A stretch of 64,000 bases of DNA from Bigelowiella natans CCMP2755. Lineage: Eukaryota > Protista > Cercozoa. The translations under genes and the position numbers were made by a program. The DNA is taken from positions 1 through 64,000 of the forward strand of contig ADNK01001199.1 in assembly GCA_000320545.1 (NCBI GenBank), given 5' to 3'. Under the pieces are notes generated by a model. That model made no database searches. It saw only the letters and a list, made by a program, of their open reading frames with translations, and was not told the DNA's origin. Numbering within the stretch: position 1 is the first letter of the stretch; the number at the start of each line of letters is the position of its first letter. Shown here piece after piece: positions 16,074 through 28,692 of the stretch.

Positions 16074-16465
16074 GCTTCAACAGTACCCTTCTCTCAGCTG
16101 AGGTAGAGAAGAGAACTCGCTGATCAGATCTGCACCGCCCCCCAAACAATAACACTAACTGTTTGGGTATGAACCGTAGATCTGAGACCCGTTCCGTTTG
16201 TATTTGCGTGGAACGGGTCTAAGAGTGTAATTCGCTTTTTGTTCTCCAAAGGCCGATTTTTATTTTACCAGAACTTAAAAATCAAATTCATCAATAAATG
16301 GGCTTGAACATCATGCGACGACTGTCGCAAGGCTTTTTCTCCCTACGGACACCGCCTTTTATGATTCTAAAACTTGCTGAGGAAAATAATTGATGTCGCA
16401 GAATATAATTCTCCTTGTTTTAATAAGATAACGACAGCTGTAGCAGAATACGGACCAACCGCGGT

Positions 16466-19400
16466 ATGGCGGCTGGCACTGATAGCATTCTCCTTGCCTC
16501 GGAGGACATATCGTACGAGGAGGATGTTCTCAGAAATCCACATTCGCTGAAGCACTGGTGGTGGTACCTAGAATTTAAAGCTAGAGCTCCAACAAAGGTA
16601 CAGTTCCTCCACTCCCCATTACAAATCATTGATCTCATTTGCGCATCTTGATCGCATCAGATCCGGTTTCGCATATATGAACGCGCTGTCAAGAGCCTAC
16701 CTCGAAGCTACAAGGTACACAGTTAAATATTTCAGTAAGAAATTTGTTTGATAATTATCTTTCATAACAGCTGTGGTTCAAGTATCTCACGGAGCGTGTG
16801 CATGAGTGCAAGAACTTATCCCTTGAAGATAGTTCTTTTGAGGCAACAAATGCGGCTTTCGAAAGAGCATTGGTAAGAAATTTACATTAAACTTAGATTA
16901 TACGTCGTTGCCTAGTTTCATTCCATGTAAATTAAACTCATCGTTGCTTGCTACAGGTCACGATGCATAAGATGCCGCGAATATGGCTGGATTATTTGAA
17001 GTTTCTAATCGTCCAAAAAAGCGTCACGAAGATCAGAAGAACGTTTGACCGCGCGCTTCGTACTCTACCCATTACACAGGTAATTCTAAACTTTAAAGTA
17101 GAATCTATAAATCTTATTCTCTGAATCTTAATTACAGCACAATCGGGTATGGCCGTTGTATCTTCGATTCGTCCAATTTGCACGCATTCCGGAATTAGCT
17201 GTGAGAGTGTACCGCAGATATCTCAAAATGGTAATAAATTACTCAAAGTTTATTCGAGAAAAAATATTGATTTTTAATTCTTCACGTGGTACACAGGAAT
17301 CTGACCGAGCTGAGGAATTCGTGGATTACCTCAAAAAGATAAAAAGTTGGGACGAGGTAGAAAAGATGATACATTATTAGACCAACAACCTACCTCGCAA
17401 CTTCCTCAAAATATAGTGATAATATACTTTTTTTTGAAAAAAAGGCTGCGACACAACTTGCAAATCTGGTAAATAATGAAAAATTCGTGTCGCAATACGG
17501 AAAGTCCAAGTACGACCTGTGGAAGGAGTTGCTCAACATTATTACCAAAAATCCAGGAAGCATCAAAACATTAAATGTGGACGCGGTGATTCGTAGTGGT
17601 ATCAGGCGCTTCCCCCACCAAGTTGGTCATCTATGGTGCGCACTTGCAGAATATTATGTCACAGATGGAAGATTCGCTAAGGCGAAAGATATTTATGAGG
17701 AGGCTTTGAATACAGTTTCAACTGTGAGGGACTTCTCTGTTGTTTTCGACGCTTACTCTCAATACGAAGAATCGCTACTTGCTGCCAAGATGGAGATTGC
17801 GGAGAGCGAAGGGATGGAAGACGATGACGAGAACGGAGATCAAGGTGGGAGTGGCATTGCAGAACTCTCTGCATCCGATGAAGTTGATTGGAGAATGATG
17901 CGGCTGGAAAATCTCATGGAGCGTCGAAAATTACTGCTGAACTCGGTAGGAAGAAATGATTCGTATTTGAGCGTTTTTTTTTTAGAAAGCTGCACAAATG
18001 TGGTCAAATACATGCGTATGACTGCCTCGTTAACCACATTGTCTTATTGTTCATTCATATCGCTATCATAGGTTCTTTTGCGGCAAAATCCTCACAATGT
18101 TGATGAATGGCACAAACGCGTCAAGTTATTCAAGGATCAACCCATCAAAGCGATTACCACATTCTCCAAAGCGGTAGCTACGGTTGACCCTTCACAGGCC
18201 ACGGGAAAGCCACATTCACTCTGGGTAAGCTTTGCACGCTTTTACGAGGATCATGGAGAGCTCAAGAACGCTCGAGTTATCTTCGAGAAGGCAGCTCGGG
18301 TTGCCTACAAGGGAGTGGACGACTTGGCTTCGGTTTGGTGCGCGTACGCAGAGATGGAACTGCGGCACAGAAATTACGAACTTGCTCGACGCGTTATGCG
18401 CAAGGCCTGTGTCGCCCCTGACCGGCTGAAAAGCAGTTACAAAGACAAGGACGATGAATCCGTTGAGGTTCAGAAACGCCTTTACAAGTCCACCAAACTT
18501 TGGGCATTTTATGCAGATCTCGAGGAGAATCTTGGCACGTTCGATACCACTTGCTCGGTAATATTATAAATAATAGTTTTTATATAAATATGCGTGCATC
18601 ATCATCATCATCATCATCATCATCACCTTTCCCGCATATGCCAATCATTGTTGAGGTATGGTAATCTATTGACTGTTTACTACTTCTATGTCTGTATATT
18701 AAACAGGTCTACGAATCGTTATTCGACGTCAAAGTTATCAGTCCCCAGATTGTTCTCAATTATGCTGCATATCTTGAGGAGCATAAACATTTCGAGAAAG
18801 CTTTTCGAGCGTACGAAAAGGGCTTGGATCTATTTAACTTTCCCCACGCTTTCCCAATATGGATTGCATATTTGAAACGGTTTATCATCCGGTACAAAGG
18901 AGATAAGAAGGAACGTGCACGTGATCTATTTGAGCAGGCCGTTGGCAAAATTACGAAGGTTAATGCGAGGAAGATGTATCTGCTATATGCAAAATATGAA
19001 GAGGACTATGGACTCTCGAGGAGAGCGATGGACATTCTTGATCGTGCTTGCAAAGCAGTGGAGGTTAAGGAAAGAGCAGCAATGTATTCTATCTATATTT
19101 CCCGTGTGGCGAAGTTGTTTGGAGTGACAAAATCCCGAGAGATTTACCACGAAGCTATCAGAAACTTGCCCGAAAAGGATCTTAAACCTATATGTCTACG
19201 GTACGCCGATCTGGAGAAGAAGCTTGGAGAGATTGACAGAGCACGCTCCATATATGCGTACACAGCGCAGTATTGTTCCCCCGAAAAAGATAGAGACTTC
19301 TGGGATTCATGGAAGGAATTCGAGGTATCTCACGGCAATGAAGATACATACACTGAGATGCTACGGGTTAGAAGAAGTGTTATTGGCCAGTTTGCAACTG

Positions 19401-19711
19401 TTCAGCTCTTACCAACTGATGTGATTGCGAAAACGGAAGATCCTAAGAAGAAGAATCAGCGAAAGCCAGTGCCTGTGGGTGACGTAATAGTTGAAGATAA
19501 GGACGGGAAGGCATCTGAAGAAAAGGCCAATGATTCTGAAGCTGCAAAGAAGCCTTCTAAAAATCAGGAAGAAATCGAGTTTGATGATGAGGATGATGAC
19601 GATGATATTATTGATGTACAAGAGAAGCCTGTTCCGGCAGCAGTATTCGGTGCTGCTGCGGTTGGAGGGAAAAATTTGGGTGCAAAGGAACGATTTAAGC
19701 GCAAGCAATAG
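16466..19711 (+). CDS. SYF1: Pre-mRNA splicing factor SYF1/XAB2 (HAT repeats, NTC complex)
   Basis: EDISYEEDVLRNPHS, RSYKLWFKYL, MHKMPRIWLDYL, LRQNPHNVDEWHKRV, GEIDRARSIY, FEVSHGNEDTYTEMLRVRRSV. Confidence 0.96.
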
Positions 19712-20798
19712 AAAATCCAGATCGCTCGTGTGAGATTGTATAACCTCAAAATATTTACAAGAATCATGAGAAAAGCTTCCCTAATACCATGAACGTTGTC
19801 CGCTAGTCACGAATCCGCATCAAGGAAAAACTTTGTAGGGGCAGGACAAAATGCAGAGTTCTGGGAAGCATGTTGAACAAACGGATAGTATTTTTGTCAC
19901 GGTGTGTGTAAGACGGATGTAATCAATCAAATTAAATTTGTTCAATGTTCATCCTTATGTAGCTGTGCAATGCAGCGGCTACAGCGCTAATGTTGAATCT
20001 GTTGGTCACCGCTATGATGTGTTTCATGCAATCAAATGCATGCATGTTATTTCGGTCTTGAATGTCGCTGCTGATGTGAGTGAAAACGAGTGGATTGATT
20101 TTGACACAGACGTGAGTTGAGAGAATGTTGCAAGTGTGCATCGAAGGAAAAGGGATGCTCATCATGGACACGTGACGCTCACGTGCACTCTAGTGTGTGC
20201 CATCACTGTGGCTGTCATGTTGTCATGTTCGCGCCGCCCATGCTAGCATGCTAGCATGCATGGCATTCTAGCATTGCTAGATTGTGAGCTGCGCACGCTG
20301 CTAGGCTAGTGCATGCGTCTAGCACACAGACGTAGTGGTGGTGTGCCTCTCTAGCTGCCGCTACACGTGCACATTGTCCGTGCGATGCATGCAATCTAGC
20401 ACTCTAGCACACCTAGATGTGCTGGTCAGCATGCGCAGCCGCCTGCTCTAGCTAGCTAGTGCTATACGCACGACAACGCACTAACACATTTCACAGCAGC
20501 ATGCAAGCTGTATGCACGCACAGTGTACACATCTAGACATGTAAATGCCAACGAAACAGCATGCATACCGCCGTCATGCGATGCGCGCTGCTAGCACGCA
20601 CGTACATGCTATGTGCTACATATATCTAGATATGTGAGACACACTACTAGACTAGCCGGTATCGCTCGCCATAAATAAGATGTTTCCATGTATTCATTCA
20701 AGACTAAAGGTCAGACTCGGTGATTAATAAGTCATAAATGTTTCCCAGGCACCTCTATCAAATTTACACTTACAACCCGTGGAGTAATTGTAAACAAA

Positions 20799-21637
20799 TT
20801 AACGGTTTGCCTTAGCAACACGTTCTGTTTCATCCTTTTTCTTAATGGCATAGCTATTGTTCTTGTCCTCCGATGCGTAAACAATCTCATCAGCAAGGCA
20901 CTCAGCGATTGTTTTAAGGCTACGGAAACATGCCGCGCGAGCACCGGTAGTCATTAAATGAATTGCAACGTTAACACGACGAAGAGGCGAAACATCGACA
21001 GCCTGTCTCCTTGCTACACCCGCAGATCCAATACGGGTCGAATCTTCACGGGGACCAGCGTTCATTACTGCATTGACATAGACTTGGATAGGGTTTTTCT
21101 TGGTCATAATGTGGATCAGATCGAAGGTGTGTTTCACGATGCGAACAGCCATGAGCTTCTTACCGGAGTTACGACCTTTTCGGTTGATAATTTGATTTTA
21201 GAATTCATGTACCATAACTGGTGACCAATTCCTTAACATTTAAATACATGCATTTCCCGTGTTGTATCTATGTCCTATCCAGATTGTAAAAAATTCTACA
21301 TAAAATCAAATTCTTTACCGTGCATCATCAGGGAGTTCACAAGGCGCTCTACAATTGGGCACTGAGCCTTGCGAAATCTCTTTGCAGCGTATCGGCCTGC
21401 TGTGTGAGGGAGCCAGACTGCGCATTTCCCTTTGATAGCAATGTAATCTGCCACGGAGATGTCCGAGACGGTGACACCGTCGTAACTCCTGTAGGACGAA
21501 ACAGAAATATCAATCAAAGCCAAATCCGAAGGTATACTATATCATAACTGTAAGGATGCATATATGATATGGAGGATGTTATTTTGGCAGTACCACTTCC
21601 CAAAAAGTTTAGGCTCAGAAGCGTATGTATTGGACAT
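20799..21637 (-). CDS. RPS5: 40S ribosomal protein S5 (uS7); 3 exons
   Basis: [76 protein letters not shown]. Confidence 0.98.
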
Positions 21638-21860
21638 GGGGAGAGGACACTCTTCGGAGTTTGCTTGCAATTTCGCCGATCTTACCGCAAATTTAAATTA
21701 ATTTTTCGATTTGTCCGTAGACATGAGCTCTCGAGATCACGGAGAGACTCCAAGCTGTTGGCGACGCCTTTATCTGATAATATCGGATTTTGATAATTAA
21801 GACTATAAAATTAAGGTAGATTGATATGTGCGACAATAAACGAAAGGGTGCATTCGAGCG

Positions 21861-23353
21861 ATGGCGCACAGGAAAGACCCCTACCACTATCCCGTTTTGG
21901 TGTTCCTGTTAGTCCTAGCTTCCACCCTCGTCGTTCTGGCAAATAATAAACAAAATCTCTCTTCTTCAATCGCTACGACAGGAATGCAACGTGAGTTAGT
22001 ATATACCATATGAAAGTATGGTCGTCGTTTAAATGATCTACTGATGCGTGCATGTAGGCCCGTCGTCTCGGGTCACTTGCCTGGCTGGCTTGATAGGAAG
22101 ACAGAAGGGAGTTACCCAGAATTCCTTAATGCAAAGACGTACAAAGAAAATTTCGACAACACGAGCGTTCTCTACCACCTCTGAACAGAAAGGTATTGTT
22201 GTTCGTCGTTCAAGCGCTGCGAGCATGTTTCGCTCGAGAATTACAACCTGAACTTCCGTTGATAATCTTAGATACAGAAGAGCGTAAGCTTGTCTCTATG
22301 GATGAATTGGTCTCACTATGTAAGCAGCGAGGGTTTGTATTCCCGTCCTCAGAACTCTATGGCGGATATTCTGGTACTCTCGTTGCGCGAAAATTTTGCG
22401 ATCTGTGCAATTCCAAAAAAATGAAAGGACGTGTATCCATCGATTGTTCGATGATGCTTGTTGATACGTTTATCTCTCCACTTACAAACTGGACTTTCTC
22501 TTCGATCAGGGTTTTGGGACTACGGGCCTCTTGGTACAGAACTTCGGCGTAACATCAAAGATCGATGGTGGCAGAAATTTGTGACGGAACGAGAGGACAT
22601 TGTAGGGCTTGATACCTCTATAATAGCATCGCCGCAGGTGTGGCAGGCAAGCGGCCACGTCGATGGATTTTCAGACCCCATGGTGAGCGAAAAATACCAT
22701 TATCTCCCAAACCGCAATATGGTGGGAACATGTAGTGATTTGAGAACCAACCTGTCTCATGCATCGTACACTTTGATCAAATAGGTCGATTGTAAGGGGT
22801 CTCAACTGCGATTTCGCGCTGACCAGCTATTTTACGCCAAAGTGGAGGTAGGGTTGTTGCTCACAACACGTTGAAACCCCCTGAAATATCAGCAAACTTG
22901 CTTAATAAAGGGTCTCTTTCTTAATCGAATAAATGTGTTTTAAACTCTTCTACATTTTCGTCATATTGAATAAATAGTATGGTATCTCTCTTTTACAAAT
23001 GCATTTGTCAAACGCAAACGGTAACCTTGCCATCCTACTCCCCCTTAGACTACTGACGGGAAGGAAGTTGGATATGTCTCGGTATTGGAGTCAGGAACAA
23101 TGCAGCAGGAAGCTGAAAAGGTGTTTTTTAACGAACGATAACGAGGATATTTAGATGAGAAAAATATCGATAAGGAGTTGTGCCAATATCACCTTCTGAA
23201 GAGTTGAGGTTGTTGGCACAATTATCGTTGTATTCTTCCAGAGTGCGAAGAAATTGCTCAAGGCGTGGGCAAAGGAACAATCGATAGATCCCCGTCCTGA
23301 GATCAATCCGATAAAGCTAGAGGTAAAAGTTATGGGTAAAAGTTATGATAGTG

Positions 23354-23384
<31 letters not shown>

Positions 23385-24564
23385 CAGCAGTGGTGGTGAG
23401 GTGATGGTGACCAGGAGGACGAATTGCGAGGTGTCGTTTTGTCCCTCCTCCTCCTTATTATAATCTTTCCTAGCCTCTCCTCCTCCTCCTCCTCATGTCC
23501 TCTCTTCCTTACTACCATAGCAGCACTCTGAGCTATGGTATCCCTCACTAATATTGCAATATTTGGCAATATTCGAATGAATGCACATGGTGTTGATGTT
23601 GGGTTGTGCAGCCGTTGGATGAGGCACCCGAGGGAACAATCTCGAAGGTCCCTTCCCCAGCTACAGGAAAACCGGGCGATCTCACCGAGCCAAGGGACTT
23701 TAACCTCATGTTCAAAACACAGGTATAGTTAGTAGTGCAAAGGAGAGGGGACACTCTATGTATTTGTCGCATGTTGAATCAACTGCTACTGCTACGATAT
23801 CTCAAGGAATTCTTCTTATTTTCTTAAAGTGATGAAAAAGCATTTAAGTATGTCTGAATGAATGAATGAATGAAAGACATCAGTATTATCTGGATAAGAA
23901 CAGAGATTGACTGACGGACAAAAACACTGCTGAATAGCAGAAAGGAATTCTTGATGCTGTCATCTCGCTGCTTACCTTAACATGGATATATCATTCAAAG
24001 GTTGGAGCACTAGCCGATGAAAGCTCGAGTGCATATCTGAGGCCAGAAACTGCACAGGGAATCTTCGTGAATTTCCGTACTGTTCAACAGTCAGCAAGGA
24101 TGAAGGTGCCTTTTGGCATAGCACAGGTAACGTATTTTATGCTGTTCTTACTGCTAGTAAGCAGTCTCAGGTGTTAGTACAGAAGACACATGTTTTCAGT
24201 AGTGTGTGTGTGTGTTCCGTATGTGTTACTTGTATGTAATATCTCTTATATGGTTAGGTTGGAAAGGCATTTCGCAACGAAATTACCCCGCGCAACTTCG
24301 TGTTCCGTAGCCGTGAATTTGAGCAGATGGAGATAGAATATTTTATTCCCAATGACGATACATGGACTGAATTTCACCAGAAGTGGTAACTATGCAATGA
24401 GTATCATCATCAACAATCCTTTAAATGGATAGCATTCTATATGTATAGTCTTTGATTGTTTTCGAATCCTCTCGTCCTCCTTCTTTTCGAGCTGCTTCAC
24501 ATTTAAACTTATCTCCCTTTTCTTGTTAATATTCTATCTTAACCATATGAGCACCATCACCATT

Positions 24565-24596
<32 letters not shown>

Positions 24597-25284
24597 TAGG
24601 CTTCAAGATGCTTGGAATTGGTTGGTCTCCATTGGACTGGACGAGTCCTTGATGTCGTATGACGTGCATGAGGGCAACAAATTAGCACACTATGCACGTG
24701 CGTGTACCGATGTTGCTTTCCGATTTCCTTTTGGGACTCAGGTTCAACAGCATTAGTAGTAGTAGTGTTAATAGCAATAGTAGGTAGTAGGTAGTAGGTA
24801 GTAGCCATTGGATCTTTTCTTCTTCTTCTTCTTCTTCTTCTTTTCCTTTTTCTCTCTTTCTCTTCCTCCGACTCCTCCCCCCTTCCTCTCCTCCTCTCCT
24901 TCCCATTGTAACATGACGCCTCTTCATTCAATAGGAGCTTCTAGGTGTGGCTGCACGGAGTGACTACGACCTGAGGCAGCATGAGGTTGATACTTGGACA
25001 TTTGTTCATTCATTATTCATCATTATCATCACATCGCCATATTGATATAATAATTACTATTATTATTATTACTGTCATCAAACGATAGGCTGCATCGAGC
25101 AAAAGCATGGAATACCGTGATGACGTGACGAAGAACCGATTTGTTCCTCATGTGATTGAGCCTTCTATCGGAGTGGATCGGTTGATGCTGGCCCTTCTCG
25201 TCTCTGCGTATGATCAAGACGAGATTGGAGGGGAAAAACGAACAGTGCTCCGGTATATATAAATATTGATATATATTAAATATA

Positions 25285-25338
<54 letters not shown>

Positions 25339-26247
25339 AGAGAGATTGAGGGAAGGAAGCGCAGGGAGCAATATTGATGACAGCTGTATTGTAGATGATG
25401 ATACAACATCTTTTATTTATTTTCCGTGTTGTCATCGTCTCTGTCAGATTTCATCCTTCCATCGCCCCGATTAAGGCAGCAGTGTTCCCATTGGTGAAGA
25501 ATAAACCAGAGCTTTTGGAAAAGGTTGGCTTGTTTGCTTGATGGTTGAAGACGGTTGTGCTGTGCTGCTGCTTCTTCAAATGATTTCGAGTCCATATGTT
25601 GGTTTCTGCGTTCTTATCGCTTGGAGAGTTTTGCACTACATATGTTGTGTATGCTAGTACAATAGCTGTTGCAGGCATCTATGTTATATTCAAGGGATAT
25701 TGGCTGCATCATCATAATAATCGTCAATCAGGCTCGTTCCGTTTACAAGACTCTTCAACGACGCTACAATGTATTCTGGGATCAGGTCGTATAGAAGAAA
25801 ATGTGATTTTCCGTCACATCCTCGTTATTATCATCATTAACATTATCATTGAACGTCATCATTTGTTCTACTAGTCTGGTGCCATCGGTCGGCGGTATCG
25901 ACGAATGGATGAGGCAGGGACTCCTTTCTGCATTACCGTGGATTTTGATACACTCGAAGATAACACGGTATCGATGGTTCTTGATCGTTTACAGAAGCTT
26001 TCATGTTCGACTTGTTTTTAACAGCTCTCTCTGTCGGTTGAATGTATAGGTGACTGTGAGAGAAAGAGACTCAACGGAGCAGGTTGAATTCATAAGCCTG
26101 AAACACACACGCATTCACATACATACGAACACAATATATGTACACATAGTAACGGATTTCTTTGTGTCACAGATTCGTATGCCCATATCTGAAGTCTACA
26201 AATATCTTGAGAACAAAATTGAGGGATACGATGACGAAGAGCTGTAA
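21861..26247 (+). CDS. glyQS: Glycyl-tRNA synthetase, homodimeric bacterial GlyQS type, with bipartite organelle-targeting leader; many introns
   Basis: [105 protein letters not shown]. The N-terminus is a hydrophobic signal followed by a Ser/Arg-rich segment. Confidence 0.94.
25284..25335. repeat. (TA)n(GA)n compound microsatellite in GlyRS intron
   Basis: Directly visible dinucleotide runs. Confidence 0.9.
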
Positions 26248-26289
26248 TAATATTGTGGCTTTCATGGGACACATGCTACGAAATGATGA

Positions 26290-27230
26290 TATATTTATGC
26301 GATGGCAAATGCCGCTATCATATCACGTATGTTCAGATGCACACATGCATGTGCATGTTGCAATGCCTTGCGATGCGGTGCATGCGTGTTTGTCGACAAC
26401 TACCGCCTTTTTTGGGCACTAGGACATCCTAGCGTATTGCATGATCTAGCTTGGGTCTGCCGAACGTAACATAACGCGGCCTAGACGAAGAACTCGCTAA
26501 TCCGCGCTCTGTGCATGAGCGTAGCTATGTATGTCTTTTTTGTAGCTTTCCGCCAAAATGCAGGCTGTAGCGCCGTCTACAAAGTCGTTTTCATGTAGCG
26601 TTATGTACTACACTAATGCAATAACAATATGCGTAAACATTACTATATATGGCTAGATATAATGGTACACATCGTAGACAGATCTATGCTAGTCGTCGCA
26701 TGGCTAGCTAGCTAGCTAGATGTGTATGTAGATGTGGCATGGCTATCATACAGCATGCGCGTCTAGATGTGCTCTTCATCAAGATGGGCTCTACACACGT
26801 ATGACGCGATACACGCTAGCACGGCACTAGCCAGCTAGCCAGCTAGCCAGATGTCTAGATGTCTAGATGTGTGTGCGATGCGTGCATGTACTGTACTAGT
26901 GTATATCTCTGTATAGATCTGTACATGGCGTGTAGCTTGATGCACACCTGCTAGACACATCTAGCTTGACGCATGTACACACATCTAGACATGTACATGT
27001 ACACATGCTAGCATGTGCATGTCACATAATTCCGTGCTTACTTCATTGCTGCTATCAATGACTACAATGATTCTGCATGCGCTGCTGGAAACATGTACTT
27101 ACATTTTCATACGCAAACACGCACACACTAGACATACCTAGATACACATGTGTGCACACACATCTAGATATTCATACGCGTCAACACATATCTAGATATG
27201 TACAAAATATGTAATTAATACGTACAGATA
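26290..27230. other. Intergenic spacer of degenerate alternating purine-pyrimidine sequence rich in CTAG/CATG/TGCA (one of seven such spacers)
   Basis: Example: ctagacacatctagcttgacgcatgtacacacatctagacatgtacatgtacacatgctagcatgtgcatg. Similar blocks at ~5700-6300, 14550-15200, 20150-20660, 32490-33400, 37100-37900 and 43200-44800. Confidence 0.85.
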
Positions 27231-27396
27231 GTAATCAAAATAATTTGTCAATCAATCGTTACATGATTTTACGTGTATTCGTACATTTGCATTCCATCGT
27301 ATGAGCATTTTTACATTACGAAGACACTATGAGGCTGCAGATTTTAGCATGCACACATTCTACAAAGGATAAAGTGGTCCAAATAGCTAAATTAAT

Positions 27397-28152
27397 TTAC
27401 TTTTTCCTCTTACCCTCCTTCATAATAATTTTCTCTCCTTCAAATCTGATACCCTTTCCCTTGTACGGCTCTGGTTTGCGCCATTCTCTGATGTTATATG
27501 CCATCTGGCCTACCGCCCAGGCATCCTTGCTCGTCAGAACCAGATCAGTGTTGGAAGGAGTCTCAATTTTAACTCCATCGAGGATGGGTAGCGTAATTGG
27601 ATGGGAATATCCCAGGTTGAGCACTATCGTGTTGCCCTTAACTGCAGCACGGTAACCGACACCAATGAGCTTTAGTTTTTTGGTGTGAACTGGGTCGAGG
27701 GTATCGATCTGCTTAACACCCTTTCCCACTCTGCGAATACCTTCCTTCCCAGAATCCTTTTTAAGGGCTTGAATATCTGCTGAGAAACTAGTAACCGCCT
27801 CCTTCTCCTTGCTTGCAACTATGACCACGTTACTACGGGGGACGCGTACCTCTATGTTCGCAGGTACATCAAGAGACTTCGATCCATCCTTGCCAAGTTG
27901 GAAGTTAACCGTTTTTCCTTCAAGCGCCACATTGTGATCTGTTCCAACAACCTGAAATTTCTTCATGAACAGATCCCCAGCATTCGCGGATACAGAGCGT
28001 TGCAATGTTCGAGCCATAGGAGTGAAGCAGCGACTCGATGTTGAAGAAGCAAATCTTGCCTCGAGGTTGTTCGAAGCAGCACCAGACCATGTCGTAAAAA
28101 CAAGTAGGGTAGCTGAGACTAGCATCGTCATAGCCGCGATGCCATTCCTCAT
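27397..28152 (-). CDS. rpl6: Plastid-targeted 50S ribosomal protein L6 (uL6), intronless
   Basis: KKLKLIGVGYRA, LGYSHP, RKPEPYKGKGIRF. Signal peptide MRNGIAAMTMLVSATLLVFTTW plus a Ser/Arg-rich transit-like segment. Confidence 0.93.
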   Translation of the reverse strand: MRNGIAAMTMLVSATLLVFTTWSGAASNNLEARFASSTSSRCFTPMARTLQRSVSANAGDLFMKKFQVVGTDHNVALEGKTVNFQLGKDGSKSLDVPANIEVRVPRSNVVIVASKEKEAVTSFSADIQALKKDSGKEGIRRVGKGVKQIDTLDPVHTKKLKLIGVGYRAAVKGNTIVLNLGYSHPITLPILDGVKIETPSNTDLVLTSKDAWAVGQMAYNIREWRKPEPYKGKGIRFEGEKIIMKEGKRKK

Positions 28153-28692
28153 GGTATGTACGGTGGGGGTCCAGTGCCGAAGGGCTGGAAATGAATTTCT
28201 TTCAGATTAAAACCTACGTGCACGTGTCGCAGGTGGATTCCCTTTTAATAGATAATTCCACCGAAAGTCACATGTTTTTAGTAATATGGAGGCTCTTAGA
28301 CAAAAACTTACTTTTGAGAATACTTTCTTGTTCTTGCCGTGCGCTGTGCCGCCCAAAATAATAAGTCGGCATCTGTCTCAAATGGAGTGTCTCCCGAGAC
28401 TCACTCACCCGCATTGAATATTGTTTCATCCTACCAACGAGGACTAGTCGTCCTTTTTCATTTATCTAACTAACTTTGGATTGTCGTCGGGTCAGTATCC
28501 TCGGCGTTACAGCAAAATAACGCAAGCAAAACTTAATAGTTGCTCGGAAGAGAGAACCGTCATCGATCGCTCCCTATGTAATAACAACTGAGCTCTTTTA
28601 ACATCCTTCACTTACTTCTCATGATTGTGCATGCGAAAATCAGGCCTATGTTGAAATGAAGCTTTGAAGTAAACTGTGGTGGCGAGTCAACG

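Noticed and set aside
20150-20660. CpG-methylation decay or RIP as the cause of CATG/TGCA/CTAG richness
   Set aside because: CpG remains common and TpA is depleted rather than enriched, the opposite of C>T decay. It can only be formally excluded by polarised alignments.
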